A stretch of 64,000 bases of DNA from Blastocatellia bacterium (GTDB taxonomy: Bacteria > Acidobacteriota > Blastocatellia > UBA7656). Below the pieces are notes generated by a model. It did not search any database. It was not told where the DNA came from and saw only the letters and a program-made list of their open reading frames with translations. The position numbers and the translations under genes are program-made. The stretch covers positions 640,001-704,000 of the forward strand of contig CAVXWP010000009.1 of assembly GCA_963765495.1 (NCBI GenBank), read 5' to 3'. How positions within the stretch are numbered: the stretch's first letter is position 1; every line of letters starts with the position of its first letter. Shown here one piece after another: positions 29,654 to 40,040 of the stretch.

Positions 29654-29717
29654 CACATTACTATGGCTGTCGAGGACTAAATTACGAATTTAGTCCGGTG
29701 AGAATTCAATTGGTTCT

Positions 29718-30506
29718 TTAACTTCTCAGCCTCAAAAACTTAAAGATGATTCTGGGCCATCTCTGGCTGTCACCTTGTAATTCAGGGTAATAGCGATCTA
29801 ACTCCTTCCTTAGCTGGCGTTCGGTAAAACTTCCGTTCCCATTCCTTATGAGTCTATCAATCTCGTGTGCTACTCGCTCCTCATGAAAGGCGTTATCCGC
29901 TTGAGCCAAACCAAAAGCCGTTTGCAAAGTTCGTTCAAAGGCTTCTTTGCTGGTGAATAGCGGTGGACGACCACGTCTGGCTGTCTTTCGGCTACTCCGT
30001 TCAGATCCCGCAGCAATGTCAAGTTTGTTGATTGTGACCTCTACACGCCACGAATCGTTCTCTGGAGGAAAGGGGGATAGCCCGGTTATAAGCATGTCGT
30101 TGTCAGGATTGGTAGATACAGACGGGGCATCAAGCTTATGTTGGGATTGTCTGGTTTTGCTGACCCCTAATTCGAGATTGCAATACTCACCGCGATGCTT
30201 TGTTGAGAGCAATTCGTCATCTTCATTGGAAGCACACTCATATACTGCATTCGGATCAACAATCACAGCATGATGTGTTTCGGTGTCGGGCGGACCATAA
30301 TTGAGCGAAACACCTGCGTAATAGCTCTTTCCTGGGGTTGCCACACTCCCTGACTCTATCTGCCCGCTAATATCTTCAACAACAGCATCCCCTGGGCAGA
30401 TAGGCAACTTGGACGAGGCAGCCTTCTTTACAAACCTTATAAGGGGCGGCCCACCATGAAGGGATGCCAATAAATTGAGTCCTCCAATCTTCTCCTCCTT
30501 GTCCAT
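29718..30506 (-). CDS. Two-domain protein: phage capsid cement/decoration-like N-domain plus RGRP/HTH-like C-domain
   Basis: RBS AGGAGG; GDAV...GVSLNYG...VIVDPNAVYE...S.H.LD...RVEVTIN; C-terminal RRGRPPLF...TERQLRKEL. Confidence 0.7.
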   Translation of the reverse strand: MDKEEKIGGLNLLASLHGGPPLIRFVKKAASSKLPICPGDAVVEDISGQIESGSVATPGKSYYAGVSLNYGPPDTETHHAVIVDPNAVYECASNEDDELLSTKHRGEYCNLELGVSKTRQSQHKLDAPSVSTNPDNDMLITGLSPFPPENDSWRVEVTINKLDIAAGSERSSRKTARRGRPPLFTSKEAFERTLQTAFGLAQADNAFHEERVAHEIDRLIRNGNGSFTERQLRKELDRYYPELQGDSQRWPRIIFKFLRLRS

Positions 30507-30524
30507 AATGAGCCTCCTGATTCT

Positions 30525-31720
30525 TCAGCGGATTATTTCCTTTGGTTTTTGTGTTTCCTCTTTTGAATTGAACTCATCGAGTACCGCAGCAGCCCTCTTT
30601 GCAGTCTCTACATTAGCATTCACATAACGATAGGTCGTATTAGCCTGAGTATGCCCGAGAACTCGCCCTACCTCAGACAGAGGGACATGGCCAGATACAA
30701 GCCTTGTGGCGTGCGTGTGGCGCAGGTCGTGAAATCTCAGATCGGGAAGCCCTGCAACTATTCTAGCCTTGCTGAATGCTTTTTTGACGTTTGCTACCCC
30801 AAACACAAAACCATCAGGATTGAGGGGGGAGCTTTCCCACAACGCCTGTAGCTCTTGGGCCAGTCGTGAGGTAATTGCAACTTGGCGCTGCCTCATGGTC
30901 TTGGTATTGAATGCCTGTATGTTGACAAGCCCGTTCTCAAAATCAATATCTGACCATTTGAGCTTGAAAATTTCGCCTCGGCGCATCCCAGTATCCAAAG
31001 CCATGATGACGATGGGCCTTAAATGTGCCTTCGCTCCTGTGCATACAGCCAGCAGTTTTTCTTCTTCATCACGAGTCAATATCCGCTCCCGATGCCTTTC
31101 ATCGCCCGGATTGATGAGAGAGTTACCCATCACAAACGGGTTCTTGAGAATCCAGCCGTTTTGCTACGGCAACATTGAAGACTCGGCGAAGCAGGCTCAA
31201 CTCTTTATGAACGGTTCCGATGGATCTTTGTCGTTCTGTTTGATTTCCTGGCTTATCCGTTCCGCGTGTATTTTTCCCAAATACAACAGGAGTTTTAAGC
31301 CTGATGGATTTGAAGCGTTCCAAATCGCCATGCGTGATGGATTTTATTTTCTCCTTCGCAAAATAGTCTGTGAGGATGTTCAGGCGCAGTTGAAGTTCAT
31401 AGCGACTCCTATAGCCCGCAACTTTCCTGCCGTCCACATATTCAGGTTCTACAAGGTAGGTTCGCTGGTAGTAGTCGGCAAGCTGGGCGAATGTCATATT
31501 GGATGCGTCAATCGCCTTCTCTCCCTGTCCTTCGATCTCCCCAAGCATTTTCTTGGCAAGCTCACGCGCCGCTGTCTTCGTATTATCTTCGGGCTTCTGT
31601 AGCCATTGGCGCCGCTTGCCTTGTTTGTCTATAGGTTATGCAAGCAAACCATCGCTTGATCTTTTTGCCGTTTCTGACTTTCCATTTGTAGATCGCCGCA
31701 CCTGTTTTGGGCCTTGCCAT
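30525..31720 (-). CDS. Tyrosine recombinase/integrase; apparent frameshifts near 31600 and 31130-31165
   Basis: TGMRRGEI, FHDLRHT, LGH...TYRY; RBS GGAGG before ATG 31720; adjacent to attR. Confidence 0.92.
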
Positions 31721-31924
31721 AGCATACCTCCTGCATAAAAGTGGGCTTGCGAACCATTGAAGTTTGACAGATTTGGTCAAACAAATGGTCAAACATTGAA
31801 GCCCGACATCAGCAGACAATGAATTGACATCACTAGACAATCATACTTGTAAACGCTCGCAAATAAAAGATTTTCTATACACGAGTAGGCGTTGCTAGAC
31901 ATCGAAACACAAGGTATTCCTGCA

Positions 31925-31973
31925 TTCACACGGCAGGGGTCACTGGTTCGAGTCCAGTAGCGCCCACTTTTAG
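31925..31973 (+). repeat. attR core (displaced tRNA-Val 3' half)
   Basis: Identical to 8107-8155. Confidence 0.95.
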
Positions 31974-32301
31974 GATCAACAAATTACAGCCGCCCTTAGA
32001 GGTGGCTTTTCTTATGTTGTCATTCATATAGTCAATCATTTTACATTTCACCTCTTAATCCGGGATTGGCTTAGAAAGATGGCTATCTTGTTGTGAGATA
32101 TGTGTTCGCCAATCCTTCTCTTCACTTGAAATTCAGCCTTTCTATGTCAACGCGCGTCGAGCGGGCGGTCAGGGGTCGGTGGCGACATTTACGAAGAAAC
32201 TCATTCTGTTTCTCACAATTTCCTCCTTTCACTGAATACCGGTCAGTGACAGTTGACTGGCTATGGGATTTGCTAGGATGACGGGCGATCAGATGTTGCG
32301 A

Positions 32302-32928
32302 TTATGGCACGTCCACCAGATAGCCGGACATCACGACAGCAGCACCGCTGTTGCTGTTGGCGACGCCACCAAGCACACTTGTGATGACAATCACCTGTGT
32401 AGCTGGATCGGCAAAGACCTTCATCGGTTGCGCGGCCACGAAAAAGTCTGAGTTGTCTGCCGAGAATGGCCCCTGTAATTCCGGCACAAGGGTGTGGGCA
32501 TTGGTCGAGCCGCTGGTTGTCGTTTGGATGCGCACCCACATCTTCGTTCCGGAAGTCGTGTTGATCGTCGCGGAAGCGAACTCAATGACAAGCCGCTTAC
32601 CCGCAGGCACAGTGAGGGAATCCGAAGCCGTGAACGATCCCGCAGGTATGAGCGGATCCAACTCTCTCTGAAAAGGCTGCCTCGCCGGGTTATCCACGTC
32701 GCGCACGGGCAGCGGCGAATTGAAGGCATTGCTGACTTGAACGGTCGGCGTATTCGTTATGCCTACGTTGCCGGCAACCGGCACAGGATTTGACTGCGTA
32801 TTCACCACCACAACATCTTTATCGGGTGGCGGCGCGGCGTGCGAGGCACGTGAGTCTGACAATACCAGCGAGCCGATGAGGATCGCGAAGACAATAGCCG
32901 CGAAAAGGTAATTTTTGAAGTTTTTCAT
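32302..32928 (-). CDS. Secreted beta-rich hypothetical protein
   Basis: RBS AAAGGAG; signal peptide; VNTQSNPVPV, TVPAGKRLVIE, SGYLVD. Confidence 0.8.
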   Translation of the reverse strand: MKNFKNYLFAAIVFAILIGSLVLSDSRASHAAPPPDKDVVVVNTQSNPVPVAGNVGITNTPTVQVSNAFNSPLPVRDVDNPARQPFQRELDPLIPAGSFTASDSLTVPAGKRLVIEFASATINTTSGTKMWVRIQTTTSGSTNAHTLVPELQGPFSADNSDFFVAAQPMKVFADPATQVIVITSVLGGVANSNSGAAVVMSGYLVDVP

Positions 32929-33036
32929 TTCGAGTTCTCCTTTTTTGATGTGAAGCCCACGACGGCGTATGCGATAAGCCATCCGTTGATCTTATTCATT
33001 GCGTGACCCCTATTGATCGAATCAACCGGCGACCAT

Positions 33037-34563
33037 CTACTGAACCTCGACGGTTACGGTTGCGGTTCCCACCCGACCTGAGTCATCCATTCCGGTAAAG
33101 GTAAGTGGGAAGTGTCCTACCTGCGCATCGCCTTTGATCTTCAATTTGAAAGTTATGGTCGCATCGCCCGTCTTTATGGGTGCCGGAGGTTTGACTTTTA
33201 TACCGACCGGCAGTGTGTCGGGTGGGGTGACGGTGACCTTGCCCGTGAACCCGCCTGTGCGGTTGATCATCACGTGGAGTTTCACCTTTGTGCCGCGCGC
33301 GCCGGTCACAGGGGATTCAGTGAAGGCGAGCGAGAACCCGGGTGCCGCGACATCGCCAACCGTATAGCGCGCAAGCGCCATCGAGGCTACACCGGTGGAG
33401 GGGCCGGTCGGTAGAAATGAATAACCGGCGAGAACTATTTTGCCGTCGGGTTGCGATACCAGGGCGCTCGCATTGTCGCCCAATCCCGAGAAATCCGTGG
33501 TAACTTTGCCGCCCGCGCCGAATGTTGTATCGAGGCTGCCGTCGGCGTTGTATCGAATAAGCACGAAATCGCTTTTGCTGAATGCGCCAGCGGCAAAGGT
33601 CAAACCAGCGAGTATGATCTTTCCATCCTTGCTCAGTGCGATTGCGTTCGCGCGGCTTTGCTGCCCGAAGAAGTCTGTAGTCACTATTCCGCCGCTGCCA
33701 AAACTCTGATCGAGGCCTCCGTTAGCGTTGTAGCGGACGACCACGGCCTCCTCCATTTCTTCGTTGGGTGCGAGATTGGCCGAGCCGGCGGCGAGTATCT
33801 TTCCGTCGCTTTGAATTGCGAGAGCATTAAGGCTATCTGGATGGCCAAAAAGGTCTGTAATGACTCTGCCGGGAACGCCGGAAGGGCCGAAACTTCCATC
33901 CTGAAAGCCGTTCGCATTGAGCCGCGCCAGTTCGAAGTCACCAGATTCGTCGCTGTTCTGGTCGTAACCGCTTCCCTTTATGAGCAGTCGCCCGTCCGGC
34001 AGTACCGCTACTGCCGTTGCAACATCTGCATGGCCTGAGTAGTCTCCCGACATCTTTCCGCCGTTGCCGAAGCTCAGGTCGAGGCTCCCGTCTGCGTTGT
34101 AGCGGGCGATGGCAAAGTCTGCGGACTCATTAGTGGAGCCACCTCTTCGAGCATAGCCCGCCACCACGATTCGCCCGTCAGGTTGAAGGGCTACGGCATC
34201 GGCGGAATCGCCGCTTCCGTAGAAATCGGTAATCACGGTCCCGCCAGTGCCAAAGCTCGAATCCAGCGTCCCGTCGGAGTTGAAACGCGCGACGGCGAAG
34301 TCACCGGCGGCGTTTGAGACATCCCCTACTACGATTAGCTTGCCGTCCGGCTGAACGGCCAAAGCCCTACCGAAAGCCTGTAACCCGGAAACATTTGTAG
34401 TTGCTTTGCCGCCGTTGCCGAAACTGGGATCGAGACCGCCGGGGGCGGCTTCCGCTTCCACCTCTTGCGCTTGCGCAGAAAGTCGGCTCGATAGATTCAG
34501 GGGTATAAACAAGGCGGCGATCAATAACGCGATCAGGGTTGTTCGATTCTTCTTGCTTCTCAT
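33037..34563 (-). CDS. Secreted delta-60 repeat protein with C-terminal Ig-like domain
   Basis: Repeated QPDGKIVVAG...ARYNADGSLDxSFGxGG units; signal peptide. Confidence 0.9.
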   Translation of the reverse strand: MRSKKNRTTLIALLIAALFIPLNLSSRLSAQAQEVEAEAAPGGLDPSFGNGGKATTNVSGLQAFGRALAVQPDGKLIVVGDVSNAAGDFAVARFNSDGTLDSSFGTGGTVITDFYGSGDSADAVALQPDGRIVVAGYARRGGSTNESADFAIARYNADGSLDLSFGNGGKMSGDYSGHADVATAVAVLPDGRLLIKGSGYDQNSDESGDFELARLNANGFQDGSFGPSGVPGRVITDLFGHPDSLNALAIQSDGKILAAGSANLAPNEEMEEAVVVRYNANGGLDQSFGSGGIVTTDFFGQQSRANAIALSKDGKIILAGLTFAAGAFSKSDFVLIRYNADGSLDTTFGAGGKVTTDFSGLGDNASALVSQPDGKIVLAGYSFLPTGPSTGVASMALARYTVGDVAAPGFSLAFTESPVTGARGTKVKLHVMINRTGGFTGKVTVTPPDTLPVGIKVKPPAPIKTGDATITFKLKIKGDAQVGHFPLTFTGMDDSGRVGTATVTVEVQ

Positions 34564-34676
34564 AACTTCCGTCCTTTCGTCTTGCAGACGATCAGTAAGT
34601 AAATAGAGCCACAATGTGTTTGTGGTTGCCGCTGAAAGGCGCGGCCGCGCAGTTTGCCGCGCCTGCCGATGGCCGG

Positions 34677-35216
34677 TTATTGCGCGCCGGGCGGGTCGGG
34701 CTGCGGGTTGAAGCCGCGAATGACTCCGGGGTTCAGCAGCGTTGTCCTTGCCGTCAGGTTGTCTATCACCTCAAGTGTCGGTATGCAGGGGTCAGGAGGA
34801 AGATTGGGATCGCCTGGCATCACGGTCACCACCGGGCGGAAAGTGAGCCGCGTCTGACCGCGCTCGATGTAGTTATCGCCGTTGATTTGCAGGAAGGCTG
34901 CGTGGCCCGGTTGCAGCGTCACCTCGCGCTGCACCGGCTGGCCTGCATTATTGATGAGCACGTTGCCGTCGGCGTCAACAAACGACATCGTCACACGGCA
35001 GGGATCGGGCGGGAACAGAGGATTATCTGGAGACGATACGTTGGCAACATTGATACGGGCCGTCTGGCCGCGCGCGATGCCGAGTATGCCGAACTGAACG
35101 GCAGACTGAGTCTGGATCTGGTTTTGGGCCCGCACGTGAATACCTGCGCACACAACGCCAATGATTAAACAGGCGATTGTGGCCAGCACCGTAAATTTCA
35201 TCTTTGAGTTTTTCAT
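34677..35216 (-). CDS. Secreted protein with PPDPC motifs and terminal GFNPQPDPPG
   Basis: Signal peptide; FGILGIARGQTARINVAN; two PPDPC motifs. Confidence 0.8.
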   Translation of the reverse strand: MKNSKMKFTVLATIACLIIGVVCAGIHVRAQNQIQTQSAVQFGILGIARGQTARINVANVSSPDNPLFPPDPCRVTMSFVDADGNVLINNAGQPVQREVTLQPGHAAFLQINGDNYIERGQTRLTFRPVVTVMPGDPNLPPDPCIPTLEVIDNLTARTTLLNPGVIRGFNPQPDPPGAQ

Positions 35217-35680
35217 GACTTTCTCGCTCTCCTTTCACTGATGGAAGCGTTAAATGTCTGCCCGCGCTGGCCGGGAGGAAACCTCCGCGCGGAATCGGTT
35301 GCTAAAATTCCCACAGGTCTGCACCGTCAGAAAACCGATTGCGACAACGATTTGAGTCATCTTTCCGTCGTTCCATTTTTGACCGCTTTTTCTTCTTCAC
35401 GGTTGATAAAGATGGGAAGGTCGCAGGCATATTACCTGCGGCTAATTTTTTTTTGCGAGAAGCAAGCGCTAAAAAGCCAGGGGCATGTCCAGCCGGATGC
35501 TTTTGACTTCCCTCGAAACTTGCGCCACAATTTGGTTGCCTTCCGAGAAGATATTTCGAATTCGATTTCATTGCGCGTCTCAAGGCGATGAAAACCTCAC
35601 CAGATGCGGCGCAATGTATAACGCGGCTCAACGCAAGCCGCTCGCGCAAGCCACAATTTCGCTTTGAAAATGGGGGTCTT

Positions 35681-38600
35681 ATGATTGATTCAAATAGGCT
35701 CCGGTCACGAATCCTGCTTGTGATCTTTTGTCTTTCATCAGTCGGTTTATCTCAAGATCAATCGCGCCCGCAGACCTCGACCACCGACGAAGCCGCGTTG
35801 CGCGCCGTCGCCCAACAATTCTTTGCCGCTTATGCGAAGAAGGATTTGGAGGGCTTCACAGGGTTGTGGAGCGCGAAATCCCCGGAGATCCAAGCGCGCC
35901 GCAAGGTGATGGAAGAACGCTTTGTGGGTATCGAAAAGATCGAGCTAAAAAGCCTGGCCTTCCGCGATCTGACGATAGAGGGCGACAAGGCTCGCGTGCG
36001 CGTCATGGTCGAGATGAACGCGCTCGATTCGAAAACGGGCAAGGCGGCTGCCGGTTTCGGCAAGATGAATCGCTCGCTCGAATTCATCAAGGAAAGCGAC
36101 GGATGGGAGGTCTGGCGCGAGTCATCATCGGAAGAGGAACTGGCCTCGGCACTCGTTGCGACGAAGACCGACGAGGAGCGAACAAAGCTGCTGGCAGTGG
36201 AAAAGGATCTTGTGGATGTCGAGTTGTGCAATGCGCTGAGCGAGCTTGGCACACAGCAGAGAGCGCAGAGTCAGTTTGGCGAAACGATCCGCACTTTTAC
36301 TCTGCTTGAGCGACTGGCCGAACAGATCGACTATAAGCTCGCGATTGCTTTCGCAGAGCGGGGGCTTGCCATTTCTCACGCCGAGCTTAGCGACTACGGC
36401 TCGGCATTGGAGAATTTCCAAAAGAGTCTGGCGATTGTCGAAGAACTCGGCAGCAAAATACAGATCGCCTCCAACTTAAACAACCTCGGCATCGTTTATC
36501 GTCGGCAAGGCAACTACAACAGGGCGTTGCAGTACTTTCAAAAATCCCTGGCGATAAGCGAGGCGATTGCTGACAAGGGAGGAATCGCCCTGACAATGAA
36601 TAACATTGGATCTGTTTATTACTTTCAGGGCAACAGCACTCTGGCGATGGAATACTATCAAAAGAGCCTCGCGATGAAGGAGGCCCTGATCGGTGCGGCC
36701 CCCCGTTCCAACGGCATGCTCATTAGCATTGGTAGCACGCTCACCAATATTGGCAATGTTTACGATTCGCAAGGTGATTACACGAAGGCGATTGAGTATT
36801 ATCAGAAGGCTCAGGCTCAGGATGAGCAGGTTGGTGACAAAGTAATGTTGGTTAATACTCTCAACGATCTTGCCACTGCAAACGTTATGCAAGGAGACTT
36901 CCAGAGTGCGACAGAGAATTACCAGAAGAGCCTTGCTCAGGCTGAATCCATCGGCTTCAAATTCGGGGTTGGCGAGGCGCTGGGCAACATCGGCTCTTTG
37001 AACATCAAACAGGGCGACTACAAAAAGGCATTGCAATTAGCCGAGCGCGCTGCCGCTATTGACAGGGAAGGAGGGTTACGCGAAAACCTGTGGCAGGCCC
37101 TCACCGTCGTCGGTAAGGCTCATCGCGCATTGAACCAGCCGGATCAGGCCCGTTCAGCTTTTGATGAAGCCATCGCCACGATTGAATCAATTCGCGCCGA
37201 TATCATCGGAGGAGAGCAGGCCGAGCAGGGTTACTTTGAAGACAAGCTCTCGCCTTATCAAGCGATGGTTGATCTGCTGGTCGCCGAAAGCAGGAACGAC
37301 GAGGCGCTCGCCTACGCCGAACGCTCCAAAGCGCGTGCGCTGCTGGATGTGCTCAACAGCGGCAGAATCAATGTTACCAAGGCGATGACCGTCGGCGAGC
37401 AAGATCAGGAACGCACGCTCACGGGCAGGTTGTTTTCACTCAACTCTCAGATCACGCGCGAGGGCGCAAGCCCTCAATCCGACCCTGCGCGACTGGCCGC
37501 GCTCAAAGCCGATCTGCAAAAGGCCCGCCTCGACCACGAAGCCTTTCAGGCCACGCTCTATGCCGCGCATCCCGAATTAAAGATCAGGCGCGGCCAGGCC
37601 CAACCTGTAACCATGCAAGAAGCCGCCGAGCTTTTGCCCGATGCGCATAGCGCGATGCTTGAGTATGTGGTCACCGATGACAAGACCTATCTGTTTGTGC
37701 TGACGCGCGAAACGGGGGCGGACGGAGGCGCGAAGAGCGTTGCCGTGACTTCTCCGACCCCTGCACTGAAGGTGTACACACTCGACATAAAGCGCAAGGA
37801 TTTGACGGACCGCGCAGAGGCCTTTCGCCAACAACTGGCCCTCCGCGATCTGCGATTCAGCCAGTCGGCCCGGGCTCTTTATGACCTCTTGTTGAAACCG
37901 GCGCGCGCGCAATTGCAAGGCAAAAACCAGTTGATCATCGTGCCTGATGCGGCGCTGTGGCAGCTTCCGTTTCAGGCCTTGCAGCCAGCATCGAATCGCT
38001 ACCTGCTCGAAGATGCCGCCATCGCTTACGCGCCCTCGTTTACGGTGTTGCACGAGATGACGAAGCTTCACAAAAGAGCAACGCCCGACGCCCCTGCCTC
38101 TTTGACACTGCTCGCCATCGGCAATCCGGCGCTCGGTCGTCAGACCCTCGAACGCCTCAGGGTAGCAAATCGAGATGAGAAGCTTGACCCGCTGCCCGAA
38201 GCCGAAAAGGAAGCGCGCACGCTCGGGCAGTTGTATGGCTCAGATCACAGTAAGGTTTATATCGGCAGCGAAGCGCGCGAAGACCGCGTAAAAGCGGAAG
38301 CCGGGAAGTTCACAATCCTCCATCTCGCCACGCATGGCATACTCGACGATGCCAGCCCGATGTACTCACATCTGGTCTTGTCGCAAGGCGAAGGTGACAC
38401 GAGTGAAGATGGCTTGCTCGAAACCTGGGAGATGATGAACCTGGATTTGCAAGCCGATCTCGTCGTGTTATCGGCCTGCGAGACGGCGCGCGGGCGAGTG
38501 GCCGATGGCGAAGGAGTCATCGGCATGTCGTGGGCTCTGTTTGTCGCCGGGTGTCCGACGGCGATGGTCAGCCAGTAGAAAGTCGATTCCGCTAGTACTA

Positions 38601-38773
38601 CCGCTTTGATGCTGGCGTTTCACAGGCGATTGCAGAGTGAGGCGCAAAAGGCGAAGGGACGGATGAAGGTGGCGCAGTGCCTTCGCGAAGCGGCCATCGG
38701 ATTGCTGCGCAAGGGCGAACACCGTCATCCATTTTACTGGGCCGGGTTTGTCGTAGTCGGCGCAGGGTTCTAA
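35681..38773 (+). CDS. Secreted TPR + CHAT (caspase-like) protease; in-frame TAG at 38576-38578
   Basis: Signal peptide, many TPRs, HLATHG and LSACET catalytic motifs; the frame continues VSQ*KVDSAST...HPFYWAGF to TAA 38773. Confidence 0.9.
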
Positions 38774-38781
38774 TCGGGTCT

Positions 38782-40040
38782 CTATCTCTGCCGCAGCGAC
38801 CTGACGCTGTGCAAGAGCCTCCGGGCAACGGCAGAATTGGGATTTGCGGCGAGAAGCTGTTTGAACTCGCGCTCGGCGCTATCCAACAAGCCCGCCTGTT
38901 TGTAGAGCGCGCCCAGAATCAAGTGTGAGTTGGTATAACTCTTTTTCGCTCGGTTCAACTCTTCCGCGCGCGTCTCGTCGAGCACCTTGAATCGCGCCTC
39001 AGGCGCAGGCGGCACAGGCGAGGTGATCTCTTTGCTGTCTTTGATGGCCGTCACCTGCCAGGAATAAATCTCGTTGCGTTTGAGGGGTCGTATGGCTGTC
39101 CATTCGGTCGCGGATCGCTTGTCGGAAGTGGCGACGTTGTTGAAATTTGAATCAAGAACATTGACGACATAACCGGCGGCACCCTTCAAGGCTTGCCAGC
39201 GAAAAGTAGGGCGGTCGGTTTCGATGAGGGTGCCCACCGGGCTGAGGAGCGCAAAGGAGATGCCTTCGCCGGAACCGCCCATCAACGTTCCGGCTTTGCC
39301 TATGAGACCGCGAAGCTCTGGTGAGAGGTCTCCCCGATCATTTATCAACGCTGCTCTAACCGCCTGCTGTATCGGCGGCGCAAGCCCCTCTATCCCGCTG
39401 AGATTCCCCTGCTTGTCCCAAACAACGATTCGGCCACCGTCATAAAGCTCCTGCGCCGTTGATGCGGGCAGGTCCGATTGCGCCTGTTGCAGTTCGGCCA
39501 ACTGCGCTCGTAATTCGTCTACCGTTGCGGCTTGCTGTTGCAACTCGTCATTTTTCTGTTGCGCCGCATCAAGCTTTGCTTGCAGATCGGCAACCCGGCG
39601 TCGTAGCGGCAGGATAGCTAACCAGACGAGCAATATTATTGCGAGCGTAGCACCTGCCAGTTGCAGCGGGATTCGATAACGCGGCTTTTGCCAGAAGGCT
39701 TTGAACTTCTCCCAGAAGGCGGATGGCGTGCGGGACGTAGCCGTTGTTTCGGCGGGACGTATCTCTTCCTGGAATGCCTGCAAGTCCTGCGCATCGGCTG
39801 CGCAGCTTGAGCAAATCTCCATATGACTTTCGACGATTTCGCGCTCAACCTCGTCGGCAGTTTGATCAACATAAGCCACAAGCTGCTCGTATCGTAGATG
39901 CGTTAACGGATCGCGGGCCTCGGCCTTCAGCGCGGTTCGCAAAGCTTTGAATGTGGCTTGCGTCTGTTGCGCTTCGCCGAGCATCTGGCGACACGACTGG
40001 CATACCTTCACGTGGTCAAAGACCAGTTGCAATTCCGCCG
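38782..40040 (-). CDS. zf-HC2 anti-sigma-like membrane protein; 5' end apparently lost
   Basis: HVKVCQSC and HMEICSSC; TM; coiled coil; LLSPVGT..RPTFRW; TPR-like tail. Confidence 0.75.

Larger units (their letters stand above)
8107..31973. mobile_element. Integrative element / phage-satellite-like island in tRNA-Val
   Basis: 49-bp direct repeat of the tRNA 3' half at both ends; tyrosine integrase next to the distal copy; excisionase-like and primase genes; no terminase, portal or tail genes recognised. Confidence 0.92.

Noticed and set aside
30769-31602. 277-aa plus-strand ORF
   Set aside because: Antisense shadow of the integrase gene
31925-31973. Second tRNA gene
   Set aside because: Only the 3' half is present; this is attR
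21169-38578. Two TAG codons at expected Trp positions (Mod DED*P, CHAT VSQ*K) as amber recoding
   Set aside because: TAG is a normal stop for host genes here (e.g. 4599, 45580, 53832), no suppressor tRNA was seen, and TGG>TAG is a single transition
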